Positions 28,100 through 40,821 of a stretch of 64,000 nucleotides of DNA are shown one piece after another. Position 1 is the stretch's first letter, and the number at the start of each line of letters is the position of its first letter. The position numbers and the translations under genes were made by a program. The notes under the pieces were generated by a model. That model was not told the origin of the DNA, searched no databases, and saw only the letters and a list, made by a program, of their open reading frames with translations. Origin of the DNA: Lama glama. Lineage: Eukaryota. Location of the stretch: positions 25,422,001-25,486,000 of the forward strand of contig CM052816.1 of assembly GCA_028534125.1 (NCBI GenBank), read 5' to 3'.

Positions 28100-28234
28100 G
28101 TGGGAGGGTATACCTCAGTGGTAGAGCGCATGCTTAGCATGCACGAGGTCCTGGATTCAATCCCCAATACCTCTATTTAAAAAATAATAAAACTTTTTTT
28201 TTTCAAGATGAAGTAAATAGGAAAAAAATGCATT
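28100..28234 (+). mobile_element. tRNA-Ala(AGC)-derived SINE (camelid Vic-1-like), copy 1
   Basis: Head gagggtatacctcagtggtagagcgcatgcttagcatgcacgaggtcctggattcaatcccc; A-rich tail; TSD aaaaattgagtctt (28086-28099) / aaaaattgaatctt (28235-28248). Confidence 0.92.
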
Positions 28235-28624
28235 AAAAATTGAATCTTATACGGAAGGCAGTGGGAAATATACTGCCTTTCTTTAAAGGTTCAGAAAAAC
28301 AAATGGACTCAAAGCATAAAAGAAATCTGAGAATGACATAAACATTCTGCTAGAAAAAAACACCTCAATATAGTCATTTGATTGCTATGACTTCTCTTTA
28401 GTAGTAACTGAAGGAGACACAAGGAAAACATTGGGCTCTTACATTTATGCCATTCATTTGAGAAACAAGAGTTTCATTGGTCCTGCGGTGATAGATTTGG
28501 ATTAGGCCTGGGAAGATCATTTGGGTCTGCTCCCTGCCAACAGGCACGTGAATCAGGCAGTCAGGACAGAGAGGAGATGGCTTTAGTGGTGTCACAGAAA
28601 ATCTGTCTTTATGAAAAAAAAAGA

Positions 28625-28627
<3 letters not shown>

Positions 28628-28657
<30 letters not shown>
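28628..28657. repeat. (CA)n microsatellite
   Basis: Direct reading. Confidence 0.97.
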
Positions 28658-28660
<3 letters not shown>

Positions 28661-28867
28661 GTGCACAAAGACATACACAAACGTGTATGTGTGTATATGT
28701 CATAAATACAGTAGTGTGTCTGTATAAAATTAACACTTTTTACTGCCTTCTAAAGAAATTCTATCTTGGTAACCATGTGGGATGTTTTTGAAGCATATTG
28801 GGGAGGCATCGATGGTAGGAGACCCATGACTGCCTACTGTAGAGAAACTGTAGTGGAAAAAAAAGTG

Positions 28868-29215
28868 CTCATTCAACAGAAATGTATTGCATGACTTCTG
28901 TTTTCCAGACAAGATTTTAAATAATTAAGGCTACAGCTGGGAATAGAACAGGCAAAATCTCCACCCTTGAGGAGCTGTCTGAAGGAGACAGATGATAAAC
29001 TTAAAATTCAGGAAATCTAGAGGAAAAGTACGATGGAGGAAGATTTAGTAGGGAAGAGAGAGGGAATGCTGTGGTCAAAGGAGGCCTCCCAGATAAGATG
29101 GGGTTTGGACAAAGGCCTGAAGGGAGGAGGCAGCCAGAGATGTGGACACCCAGGGAAGAGACTAAGATGAAGGTAGGGCCTCAAAGCAGAGAGCACTGGA
29201 ACAGAGGACTGGGAA
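28868..29215 (-). mobile_element. L2 3' end
   Basis: ctcattcaacagaaatgtattg...gtggtcaaaggaggcctccc...aggcctgaagg. Confidence 0.7.
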
Positions 29216-29569
29216 GATCAGAAAGGGAGCTAAGAGTTGGCTTGTCTTCAAAAGGAGTATTATGAAGATGTTTGCTGTATGATGGACAATGTATGACCTC
29301 CATTTTCTCATATAATCCTTCAGTAAAATTCTCACAAGTGGCTCTTGCCAGTGGAGAGGATGCAGTAAATTGCTCGCTTCTTTTTTTTGTTATTGTTAGT
29401 CCTAGACTGTAACTTCAGGCTATGCAAGAAAGGCCCCAAACACGTGGATTAAAATAAGAACATGAGTAAAGGAAGACCTATGTTGGAGGACAGGTTGTAT
29501 CTTTAAAATATTTACAAGTTCCAAGAGCAAAAATTTGGCTCAAATGAGTTAATCTGTGGATCACACAGA

Positions 29570-30425
29570 GTTCTGAAGTCTCAGCCCTGTGGTTTAGTTA
29601 GGGAATATCCCATCCCCTTCCCCAGATTCAAGGGCAGACTGTGGGTGACTCAAGCCAATCCACTATTTAGTGCTGGGGTACTAATGCTCAGGTCTGGCAC
29701 CCCACCTAAGCAAGTTCCATCAAAGTGACCATCAGAACTTTTCTGGCTAGGAATTCTGAGGATCTTTGTTGCTGGGGCTGCTGTGTTAACATATGGCAGA
29801 CTAGGTGGCTTAAACCACAGAAATTTATTTTCTCGTATTTCTAGAGACTAGAAGTCTGCGAATCAAGGTGTTGGCAGGGTTGTTTTTTCTTGAAGCTTCT
29901 CTCCTTGGCTTGGAGATGGCCATCTCCTCTGTGTCTCCATATGATCTCCCCACTACATGGCTCTGTCTCCTAATCTCCTCTTCTTGTAAGGACAGCAGTC
30001 ATATTAGATTAGGGATCTCCCTAAATTATTTCATTTTAACTTAATTAACTTTTTTAAGACTTATCTCCATATAGTCACATAGTGAGTTACTAAAGGTTAG
30101 GACTTCAACATATGAATTTTGGGAGGACACAGTTCAGCCCTTGACACTGGGACTAGGACTAATTTTCCTGGGAGCCATCCTAAAAGATTTCCCCCTTTCA
30201 TTGGAAATAGTGGTATGGGAATTTGAGGTCATCAAAGAAGCAGCTCTTCTGTGGCCTAGAGGGACAATGGAAGGTTCCTTGTGACAACTTTTGAACTGCT
30301 GTATCCAGCCTCAACTAGAGACAAATGAGGCTTTTCAGGTACTCAGACCAATAAATTACCTTTGCACTTACACTCTTTTTGGTCTGGTTTTCTGTCAATT
30401 CTGATTCAATTATTCCTTACAGATA
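29570..30425 (+). mobile_element. Old MaLR LTR (MLT1K/L-like), split by MLT1B
   Basis: 3' end ccaataaattacctttgcactta...ggttttctgtca; 5' part at 29570-29760. Confidence 0.65.
29761..30146 (-). mobile_element. MaLR LTR (MLT1B-like), nested
   Basis: ggtggcttaaaccacagaaatttattttctc...ggttaggacttcaacatatgaatttt...cagcccttgaca; TSD ctgag/ctggg. Confidence 0.9.
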
Positions 30426-32401
30426 AAGCCTAGAGTGAGTTCATTGACTTTAAAAATTAATAATATATGGAATTTATATTCAGAGTTCAAATTGCTTTTT
30501 CCCTGCACCACCAACTGAAGCCTCTCTCTCTCAAAATCTCAGTGAAGTCAAGATCCCCAGATAGCAATAGGGTAAAGAGAGAAAATATATAGCACAAGTG
30601 GAAATATATTTTTTTCTTCTAAACAAAGCACCAAAATAGTATTCTAGACTAGGCTAGTAGATTAAGCAGTTGAGAACAAAAATGTCTCAATTCCACCATC
30701 ATTTATTGTGATAGTTTTTATTTATTTTTGAATAAACAGAGGCTGTGCTTAGCACATCAGTCTAGTTCTAGTCTCCCCTCCTTTGAAATAAACACAGGTA
30801 TGTACACACAATTTTTGTGCCCCAGAAACTTGATCCCTGGAGAGAGATGAGTATTGAAAGCTTGAGTCCATCATGACTATATATAATAGATCTTTTTAGC
30901 AAAGCATGTCAGAATTAGAAAGTAACAACTCTTCATCTTTAATGACAAAGGCCAACTCGGAGATTCATGTCCTGCTATTTAACTAATCATTACTTCAGAT
31001 TTTATGTATATTATAGTTATCGCCCAACTTTCTGTGCTAAATGCTTAAGTCACCTGGAAGTATTTAAAAGAAGATTTTCTGAATGAGTCCCAATGTTTCT
31101 CCCTCCTTGGAAAAAAATGGGAAAATGATTTTCTTATAAAATTCTAAAGCATTCTTTATTTGATCCCTTAACAACAAGAAAATAGTATTAAGGAAGTTTT
31201 ATCAAGGATAAAGTTACTAAGTTAGCAAAATAGCTGAATTAAAGAGTCAAAATTCAAAGCCACTGTATCATGTGGTCCCAAAACATTTTTTTTCTCTATT
31301 TAAAGCATGAGAAGATGGAAACAACTTATGATAAATATTGTTAAAATTATGGTTTGTTAACATTACACTATCACCATATGAGAATGTAACATTAGAAACC
31401 ACTGTCAAACATGTGAGACAACTTCAGAGGACAAGGGACTTTGAAGGAGGATGAAACTCACAAACTTAACACATTAAAATGAAACAAGATCCTTGTTGCC
31501 TGACAGGAGGCTATATGGTCTAAGTCTTAGGTCTCATACTACAGAGGATTAGGTGGCAATGAAGTGGAGTTTTCTTGTCCTTAGTGGTAAAGAAAGTTGC
31601 CTCCTCCATAGGACATTTATTTATTCACTTCTTGTCCTTACAAGTCTCTCGCTCTTCTTTCACCTCAGGTCAGGAACCTTTAACCCCAGCCCTTCCCTTG
31701 TTCCAGTTTCAGCTTTTGTCAGTGGCTCTGAGGTTGTGTCTTCTCTCTTTTATCTTAGTCAAAAGTTAAAGTCAAACTTTCAAAAATGTCTTTCAAGAAG
31801 AAATTGTACACTATTCCCAATATTCTAACACATCAGGTTCAGAGAATCTTAAAGCAAGCAGTAGGACAGAAGGGAGACACGCACATTTCCTCTACAGTCC
31901 ACAAGACGGGTATTAGCCAGTCATCATTCTCCAGACAAAAGAGCCAGTTGTAGAGAAAAATTACAGATTACATCTGCTTCTCAGTACAATTGAATTACAC
32001 TGTTCAGTCACAGATCTATCTGGCCATTTACCACAAACTCAGATTAATACTCGGGCTTCCTTTCTTACCCTGTTTGTTGAAATGTCTCTTGTAAAGCCAG
32101 CTGTGGAAGATTTTCCTCTAAAAGTTAATTCTAAAGCAAAACAACTGGTAATTACTTTTCAACTTTTAAGGCTCATTCCCCTTAATGCTTTCCAGGAGAC
32201 GAGAGAGCCCATTTACCATAAATATGTCACATGTTGAAAATATTGTCTCTGGTTATATTAGTGAGGTTCTTTAAGTAAATAATTAACATTAGAGGAGTAA
32301 GACATCACAAGAAAAAAATACACATATTACGGACCGTTTATTTATTACGCAGTTTGCCAAGGTTTTTTTCTTTCCACTGTTTTTTTAAACTGGAGAGAAA
32401 G

Positions 32402-32763
32402 CAGCAATGTCCACTAGAAATAAAACATAAGCCACATATGTCATTTTAAACTTTTAGTTGCCATAGCTTTAAAAAGGAGAAAGAAATGGTTAAAATTAAC
32501 TTTAATAGTATATTATATGTATTACATTTAGTCCATATGTATTATAGATTATACCTATTATATTATGTCCAGATAGTATATTACATCCTAAATGTTGCAT
32601 TTCAATATACAATCCCATAAAATTATTAATTAGATACTTTTTATTTTTTCCATACTAAATCCTTGAACATGTTTAACACTTAGGCCACATCTCAGTTGAG
32701 ACAAAGCATATATCAAATGCTCAGTAGCCACATATATCTAATGACTGCCATCTTGGACAGTGA
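32402..32763. mobile_element. MER33 hAT-Charlie MITE
   Basis: TIR-like ends cagcaatgtccactag / cttggacagtg; internal gccacatatgtcattttaaa and tgctcagtagccacat. Confidence 0.85.
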
Positions 32764-32994
32764 CGGCATGGAAATATGTTTTGTATACTCTCTAATTTAC
32801 ATGGATATCATTATATGTCACTATTTATATAAACCTTTGACCTTGATATGCTTGGAAGGAAAAGCCCTTCACAAGAAAGAGAGAAAAGAAGAGAGAAAAT
32901 GCATTATATTTATCTCTCTAAATAGACTGTAACTGATCATTCTGAATAATCAAATTTATAAACTCACAGTTTAAAAGAAGAACTGTGTTAAGGT

Positions 32995-33495
32995 TGTCAA
33001 ATGCTGGCTCCCAAAATATCAGCAACATAACCTTTTAAGAAGATAAAGCTGAGGTGTTGATCACAGTAAAGGGAACACCCCTTACTTTTGGTAGCATCTT
33101 GGAGGTGGGAAGTCTAAGTCAGAATTGAAAATGGAAAGTGTGATGTAAAGTGGACCTTCCAATGCAAGGACTTGAATATGTTTAGGTCAGGATCGTGATA
33201 TAAAATTTAGAACTGATAGAAATAGCCAGTAAGGATTTTTGAGGAAGAGGATTCAAACCATTGGTGTGTAAAAATTATCTGTTGATGCTTTCTAATGAAG
33301 GGTTGAGAGGTATTCAGAAATTTCCTGTGATGAACAATCGTTATTTGCTTGGGCAAGACTCTACTGGAATAATAAAGTTATGCTAATGAAGAAAAAGAAT
33401 ACTTTATGTAATCATGTTAATGTAGACATTAAGTTGTAGGAGGGAAGGTAGGTAGTTTTGCTTTCTAGGGTGTGTGTGTGTGTTAATTTCAATAC
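32995..33495 (-). mobile_element. ERV1 LTR, MER34-like
   Basis: Starts tgtcaaatgctggctcccaaaatatcagcaac, the reverse complement of a MER34-type terminus. Confidence 0.65.
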
Positions 33496-33719
33496 ACACA
33501 GATGTCCTGCAGAGAGGAAATCCCTCCTACTTCACACATCTGACAAGTCTGAGAAATATTTACACAAATAAACTCTATCTTTGCATGGCCACTTCCACGT
33601 AATCACAGAAAATCAAGTAATTATAGGATAAATTGGTAACATGTTTAAAAAACATGAAGGAATCGACCCTTAAACCCAAATGATCTTGGTCAAATGCCCA
33701 CATGCTTGAAGTTGTCTTT

Positions 33720-34140
33720 ATTTATCAGCAAATAAGACACAGAGAGCACCTGCCCTCAGGAAGTTTACTTTCCAGCTAAGTAAGACTAGAAAGATTTGGG
33801 TAATTTTTAAAAGGAAACAAACAGGAAAGCAATAAAATAAGGAACTGGCATAGATATGCTACTGCAGAAATAAGAAGACACTTTAATACTTGAGGTGGAG
33901 AATTGCTGAAAAGGACTTTTCTAAGGATATGCCATTGACTTCTTGTTTCATTAAAGATAGAGTGGGAGCCAGTGCAGGAAGCATAAATACTACGGTTAAC
34001 TGTGGCAGAGTGTTCCTGACTTTGAATAGCCAAGCGCCAAGTGTCCTGAGCAGGAGAGAGTTTAGTATGATCAGGAAGCAGAAAGAAGGCTGTTGTGGCT
34101 AAAGTTCATTGGGTGAGGAAGGAATTGGTACCAAATGAGA
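33720..34140 (-). mobile_element. L2 fragment
   Basis: cctgccctcaggaagtttactttccag...aggaagcagaaagaaggctgttgtggct. Confidence 0.75.
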
Positions 34141-34285
34141 CAAGCTCCCTGTGCTTATTAATAGTGCTGTATGCTAGTTTTATCTCTGTTGTTTCTGCCT
34201 TGAAAATCCTTAATAATTTTTAAACAAGCACCTCTGTTCAAAAATTATTTGTACTGAATCCCACAAATTATGTAGCCCATACTAG
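34141..34285. mobile_element. MER91-like hAT-Tip100 MITE
   Basis: ccttgaaaatccttaataatttttaaacaag...cccacaaattatgtagcc. Confidence 0.7.
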
Positions 34286-34334
34286 TAGTAAACCATAGTA
34301 AGGATTTCAATTCACACATTGTATGGGTTTTTTG

Positions 34335-34773
34335 TATCCTTTACACACTCAAGAAACCCGGAAATAATCAGTTGAAGGCTGATGTAGTCTATGTAGTATC
34401 AGAGCCTCTAATTCCTTATACCTTATTGCTCTGCTGTACAGGGCTTTTAATCCCAGCAGTACCCTAAACTCCAAAGCGACTGCTAGCACTCCAGCCATTA
34501 CAACTTCTTCCCAGCCATGAGCAAGATCACCTCCTGAATTACCATACCAGACAAAATCAGGTACATTCAGGGTGTTATGGCCATAAATGAATTACTATAC
34601 CATCTCTACCTACTTCCTATTGATTGATATACAAAATGGTCATAGCTAGCTGCAAGGCAAGCTGGGAAATGAAGTCTTCATTCCAGAAAGCCATGTGTCC
34701 AGCTAAAAACGAGGATTTCTTTTTTCTACATAAAAAGAAACTGATATGAGGGGAATATTGTCAGCTCTGCAAC
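34335..34773 (-). mobile_element. Old MaLR LTR (MLT1I/J-like)
   Basis: ctagctgcaaggcaagctgggaaatg...ccatgtgtccagctaaaa...ctctgcaaca. Confidence 0.7.
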
Positions 34774-34804
34774 ACACTCTCACTTTTTTCTTTGACTTGA
34801 AATA

Positions 34805-35125
34805 TACATTCATTTATACCTTCATTCATTCAGTATTTATCTACTCAAAAATTTTATTGAGGATTTCTTTGTGCTGTGCTGTATGCTAGCAACTGAGGAG
34901 AGAAAAATGGTTAAAAGGTGGACCTTAGGAGATAGATTGGGGGCAGGGGAGAAAGACCACAGGTAATTACAGTGGAACATCACAAGAAGTAGAATAAACT
35001 GTCTAAAGAGATAAAAGTTATGAATAGCTAACTGCAGGTGTTTAGGAAACCACCCAGAGGACATGAGGTGACAGGTATGCTTGATTTTATAAGGATAGAT
35101 TAACAGACAAAAAAGGGAAATGTAT
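34805..35125 (-). mobile_element. L2 3' end
   Basis: cattcatttat...ttcattcattc...ttttattgagg...tgtatgctag. Confidence 0.6.
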
Positions 35126-35959
35126 TTACAAGTTATACCTTCTACCATGAAGTGTGATTTTGACATAATATGTGCCATTTTTGCAGCTCTGTTATAACTA
35201 TTAATCAGACTTGATGGATAAAGCATGGCTCAGCCATTTCTTTGGTTAAACCCCTCAGCAATCACTGTGGGTCCCCACACAATTGTTTTGGCTGCAGCAG
35301 TCAGAGCAAATGACAAAGAGATGCTGATATGAATGGACTGGCCATGCTGCAGCTCGGTCCACCAGTAGACATAACCTCAAAGGCAGGGAAATATACTAGC
35401 TGACAGAAGAATCAGGCGCTGCCTTTATATCTCAACCCTCCTGCCCCACACCCATCCAGCTGAAAAATCCCCCATCTGCTCTCCATCTCCCTCCTCAGCC
35501 AGTCCTACTGCATCAGAGACCCTCCAAGCCAGCAGCTTCCCTAACTACCCTGAGATTGTAGGAGGACACCTTGCCCATGACACCCCCAACCCAACTTTGA
35601 GAAACGATTCCCATAGCCACTCATTCCTTGCTCATCTTTTCTCAAGGAAAAAAAAAAAAAATAGAGCGAGATTGTTGGGAATAATGTTGAGCTTTAGAGA
35701 ACAAACAAAAGGATTTCTCAGTTTGGAAAATAAAGATCTATTCAGACTTTTCAGATCTACTCTCTGAAGTCACAGTCATACCCCCACTGTGAGGATGGCT
35801 GTCACTGTCACAGTGCTGACCCTCCTGTGCAGCTATTTTCTTCTGAAACACACAAAAAAAAGAGCTCTGTGATAAATCACATCTGCAAGATGTGTTTCAT
35901 ATGTCAAGCACACATTGCTTCTAAGTCAAATGCTGATACATGACTTATTCCATCAAAAG

Positions 35960-36720
35960 TAAGCAGAATGCCGTAATTTATAATCATCCCGAAGCCCACT
36001 GCAGAGAAAATGAAAGCACACCATTAAATTTTAATGCCTGTTCGCTTCTCTGAAAAGAGTGTTTCTGGCCACATTTGAAGCAGGGCAGTGTTTCTCACAC
36101 GATTGTGCATGCTCCCAAAAAACAGTTTGTGTTTGCCAACATTTGTGGAAACTAATTGAAAAAATGATTTAGCTGTCAAAAGCTGCTGTCAGTCAGGAAG
36201 TTCTCCTGAGCACAGAAGGTGACGGCAGAGGAGCAGCAGGTCCTGTCCAATCCCCCCTCCCCCCGGCTTTTTAACAATTGTCTGTTGTGCAAGCCAGCTC
36301 CCCGCAGCAGGGCTGGGAGCAAATATTCATTGGGGTGTCATCTTCGTTTAGCCTCTCGTCCTGCACACCTATTCATCTGTGTTAAGTGAACAGCAGCATC
36401 AGCTCAAATTAAGCTGGCTTGAAAACAGCCACTGTTAATAATTTCTGCTGTGATTCAACTTCGCTTTGGCTAACAGGTGAAGATGTTTCATAACGGAGGC
36501 AATTACAGCTCTGAGAGCGCTTTCCCACTGCCTGTTTAATCAGAGGAACGGAACACTAGCTCCTCGTGTGTGGGGAAGGGCCAGCGCAGCCACCGTTGGG
36601 CTGCATTCGTTATCTGCTAGATTGAACAAGCTGCCTGCCGGGGACAGATGCTTAGTGCAGTGATTAGAATATAAAGCAATTGCAAAGGCTGAGGGGATTG
36701 GAGTCAGTCTCCTTTATCTC
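35960..36720. promoter_or_regulatory. Candidate conserved enhancer
   Basis: Non-repetitive, about 18 CpGs by eye; TGTCA (TALE/MEIS-type) x3, CAGGAAGT (ETS), AACAATTG (SOX-like), TAAT cores. Confidence 0.45.
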
Positions 36721-39018
36721 AACTTACTACAGGCTTTTCTGGTCAGATAACAAGTCTTCCAAACTGCTCTTTGTAGATGAGAAATCATATGTATATCAAT
36801 GCATGAAGACTCATGCATATTCATTCATCTGTGCCCTGTATGAATTTTCCATTTAGACTAGGAACTTTTTTTTTTTAAAGGAGAGGATTCTTCAATTCTA
36901 TGCAAGTTCAGTTCAGTTCAGTTTTTATAAGCAAATTTTTATGACATGGAATATAGAGGCAGTAAGTGTTAAACCAGTAGAATAAAAATGCCAGTTTTTC
37001 TTTATTATTTTCTGGGATTGAAAAGTCCTATGGTTTTACTAATTTCCAAGCAACTTTCATATTTAGGTTTTTTTTAAATGAAGATAGTTGAAAACTTCAA
37101 AATACATAACCCTAGGTTTTCATTACTTCATAAGGAAAGGAAATTGGAATTATGTGTATGTTTTGTTACTTTTTACATTACAGAGATAGCATATTTCCAT
37201 GTAGAGGGAAATCCATCATTCTAGCACAAAATAATTTTTCATATGAACTCTGCATAACTTTAAATTATAGCAAGAACATAGCTGTATACATCCTAATTGT
37301 GGAGCTTTTCAAATAGTTCTTTTCCAGCCAAACATTTTTCCTCTTCTGCTAAAAGAAAATCAAGTAGTCTAAATTGAATTTTTATTCATAACAATTTCCT
37401 GAAATGTAGTTCTTAATGGTTTCTGATGTGCCTAAAGGCATGAATCTTAAACTACTCCCCCCTCCCCCCAACCAAAGAACTAGAGAAATGAAAAAGACCC
37501 TTTTTGTTAGTGGTATTAAATTTCCATTGTACACATTAATCTACTTTCAGAGTATTTTCCTTCAGTATATTTTCCATTGAGGGCCTTTAATAAAGTCCTT
37601 GGTAGGTTATGCTTAAGGAACAATTGATTACAGAGCTGCATATCCCCAAACTGATTACATTTTCTATAAACAGCAGAATGGCAAAGAGGGATGGGGATAG
37701 TGAGAGGTTAGCCATATGCTTACTTTTATTTTTAAAAAAATTTAAGAGCTTGTGAATGGTTCTAATTTCATAACACCATGGTTATACTTAGAGCCATCTA
37801 TTTCTATCTAGAATTTTAATGCAGATTGTAGTCTTCATCAATTATTTAGTAGGCTTTGAGGCTGTGTGTGTGTGTATATATATATATAAATGTGTGTGCT
37901 TAAGTTTTGGGACACAGGAATAAACAGGAAAAATAGAATGATAGTGTTTGCATTGCTAAATCTGTGGTTCAGCACTGTTTAAAACACCTGCTTAACAAGA
38001 TAGCAACTTGTCTTTCTGAAGAGATATTTCTCTCTCCCCTCACTCTTTGGAACCATCCATCTAGCCTCGTCTTGGAATATTCTCGGCAAGAATCCATTGC
38101 CCACTGAGTTTCCCCCTGACAATTACTGTTGCTCCTTACCCTGGAAGCTTTGAAAGCCTGTGTAACATTAGCCTATCTAGCCCAGTGAAAATGTCTTTAC
38201 AGATTAGTGTAATGTTAATACTGCTGGCTCCCTGCTTTTGACCTGAAGTGGAATATATTGCGCTGCTGGAGCAGATGGAATCGGAGTTTCATTGGGCTAC
38301 AGAGATGGGTTGGCTGCCTGCCAAAAATTCAGTGCTAGTGGCAGTGGAGGCTTGGGCTCAGAAAAGCAGGCTTGAATCTATTCTCTGCTCTTGGAGATGG
38401 AAAACAAAAGTGTCACATAAGTTTGTGTGGAATCAAAATACATTTGTTAAGATCGTTCATCTGCAGATGTTTACCCAGCATTCGAGGAGTAATTGAATCT
38501 TTTGGTATAAAATGGAGACATCTTTATTCAGTTTTGCTGAAAGACATGAGACAAAAGCCAGAGCAAAGGATAAAACAAGAAATTATCTGAACTCCATTTA
38601 ACCTTCCAGCTGAATGCCGATCTCGCCCTAAGAATACAAATGTGTACGTGTGGAGTATTTAAAGCCTGTCTCCTTTTTTATGAGTGTAAATAGATCTTTG
38701 TCTGAAATAATAAACCAAATTCGTAGGTGAATAAAAGAGCTATGTTAAATATAGTCAAAGTAAAACAATTATGCAGATAATTCCAAACCAGAATCTAAAA
38801 CTCTGGGGGGGGGTGGAGAGATATGTCCTAAATGATCCATACTGGCTCTCTTACTGACTGCATTATTCAGACCAGCGTTCAAGACTCTTACTGGCTTTAT
38901 GTGCACAGAAAGAGCCCAGAATCATATTCTTCCAAAATAGATATACCTGTTGACGGCTTCCCTTTTACCTGAAACTGGGACCATTCATTAAAAACTGCAA
39001 TATCAGCAGCATAAAACT

Positions 39019-39255
39019 GTGGTTGTCAGATATAGCAAATAAAAATAAAAGACACCCATTTAAATTTGAATGTCAGATAAACAGATGTCAAATAAATATT
39101 TAGACACAATTCATGATACGTAGCGTAAGTATCTCCCAAATAATGCATGAGCCATGGGGCAGTTAGTATTTGGAATATACGTAAACTAAATGTTTATTCA
39201 TTGTTCATCTGCAGTTTGATTTAACTGAGCAACCTCTGTTTTATCTGGCATCCCC
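39019..39255. mobile_element. MER53 palindromic hAT MITE
   Basis: ggttgtcagatatagcaaataaaaata...ttaaatttgaatgtcagataaaca and its inverted arm ...tttaactgagcaacctctgttttatctggcatccc. Confidence 0.85.
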
Positions 39256-39699
39256 AAGATGTACTTTTTATTGTCTCACTTTTTGAACATGTTAAGTTCC
39301 GCCCTACACACACGTGCGCACACACACATACCCCAACCTCCAATGAGCACACTTTTCTGTATTTATCCATAGGGTTATTTCTGAGCTTATTTTAATCATA
39401 TTTTCCTCTCAAGTACTGCCGTTCCACAGCAGTAAAACATATGCTGTTTGCTGCCTGAGTAGATGGGTAATGTAAGCTGTGATGTGGAGAGGATTCTTCT
39501 CTTATCCGTTCTCTCTGAGGGTGTAGTTACAGAAACATATATATATGTGCTTTTATCTGTGATAAGAGCTACCATCTGCTAGCTGCAATGTGCACAGCTT
39601 ACCGTCTGAAGTGCTTATACATATTATGAAAACACACAGCTTTTGTGTATGTTGAGAGTACATATAGACAGTGTTCTAATAAACCAGAATATTAGCTAT

Positions 39700-40560
39700 T
39701 TGAATATGTCAAATGGATGCAAGATCGGACCGCAGTTATGGACAAGAGCGGTTAGAGCTGGCCCGTTGCCATGCGTATATTTATGCCAGCAGCATTTTTG
39801 TGACCTTTTAATATTGCATTATTTACAGCCTCTTCCCACGAGGTAATTATTTTAAATACGTGAAACCTTTTCAATGAGACAAAGCCTCTGCTTCATTCAA
39901 GAAGTAGGAGCTTCTTACCAGGGACACTCAAGCCCTGAGATGTGTGCTGCGTATAGGTGAGCGCCAGAGAGACTGAAACAGGGCGAAAGAACATATAAAT
40001 TCGAGTTCCTTTGACCTTTAATCCAGGAGAACACGACGAGAAATGCGCTATGAAGGTTGGTTTGTAGCTGTCTGGAGACTGATAAGCTGTAATAAAGGTG
40101 CACTCAGTTGCCGTTCATCTAAAGCTTCCATTGCTATCATCCTCCTTTTTCGATTTGTATTACCTCCAGTACTTATCTAAATCCCTCTCAATGCCAGCTT
40201 GAATGCACCTCGTGTTCTCTTCAGCTGTGACTGGGGCTGTCCATGTGCGTCGGTGTGCCGCGGTGCACACTCTTTCCCTTGTTTGACAAGAACCAGTGCC
40301 AACACCTAATTAAGGATAAGCCACAGAGCTCTCGGCTTTATCTTTGTCAACTGCTCCATTCCTAGCTTTCTGCCTAGTTGAGTTTTTAATGACACGATCA
40401 ACAGTTCGGTTCAGCCTTCCTCTGGCCCACCCGTTCCCCATCTCGGTCACTAACCACGGCAGCAGCAACAGCAGGAAGATGGCAGCCATTTGTGCCCCAT
40501 GTTCTGCACAGAGTGCAGGGAGACGTGGCCGCCTTGCTCCCTGAGTGTCACCTGCACACC
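39700..40560. promoter_or_regulatory. CpG-retaining candidate promoter/enhancer
   Basis: About 29 CpGs in ~810 bp by eye versus a depleted background; YY1-like, ETS, GATA, E-box and TAATTA motifs. Confidence 0.55.
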
Positions 40561-40821
40561 AGGGGGATGTGCAGATCTGTTGGAGGGAAAATTCAGGAGT
40601 CCCTCAAAAAAGTGTTCACAATTTTGAAAGCATCTAATTTACAAAGAAAAGGCCCATCTGGTTCAATCTTATGTTACATTGTATTAAACTTTCTAACTCA
40701 ACTTTGCAAATGTAAGAGTTCATCATTCCCTAAAACTCTGGCAAAACCAGATTAAAATATGTGATACTGACTTTCAGACAGCCAGTTAACTGTGAACTTA
40801 AAACTTAAAGTATGACATCTT

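Noticed and set aside
22222..33495. Two MER34-like LTRs as the ends of one provirus
   Set aside because: Opposite orientation, diverged from each other, and no gag/pol sequence between them.
35220..35620. Possible ancient LTR fragment
   Set aside because: Texture is LTR-like but I cannot match a family, termini or TSD; needs a Dfam search.
38248..38590. Overlapping short ORFs in the TE-poor block
   Set aside because: Non-ATG starts, no recognisable protein and no clear splice boundaries.
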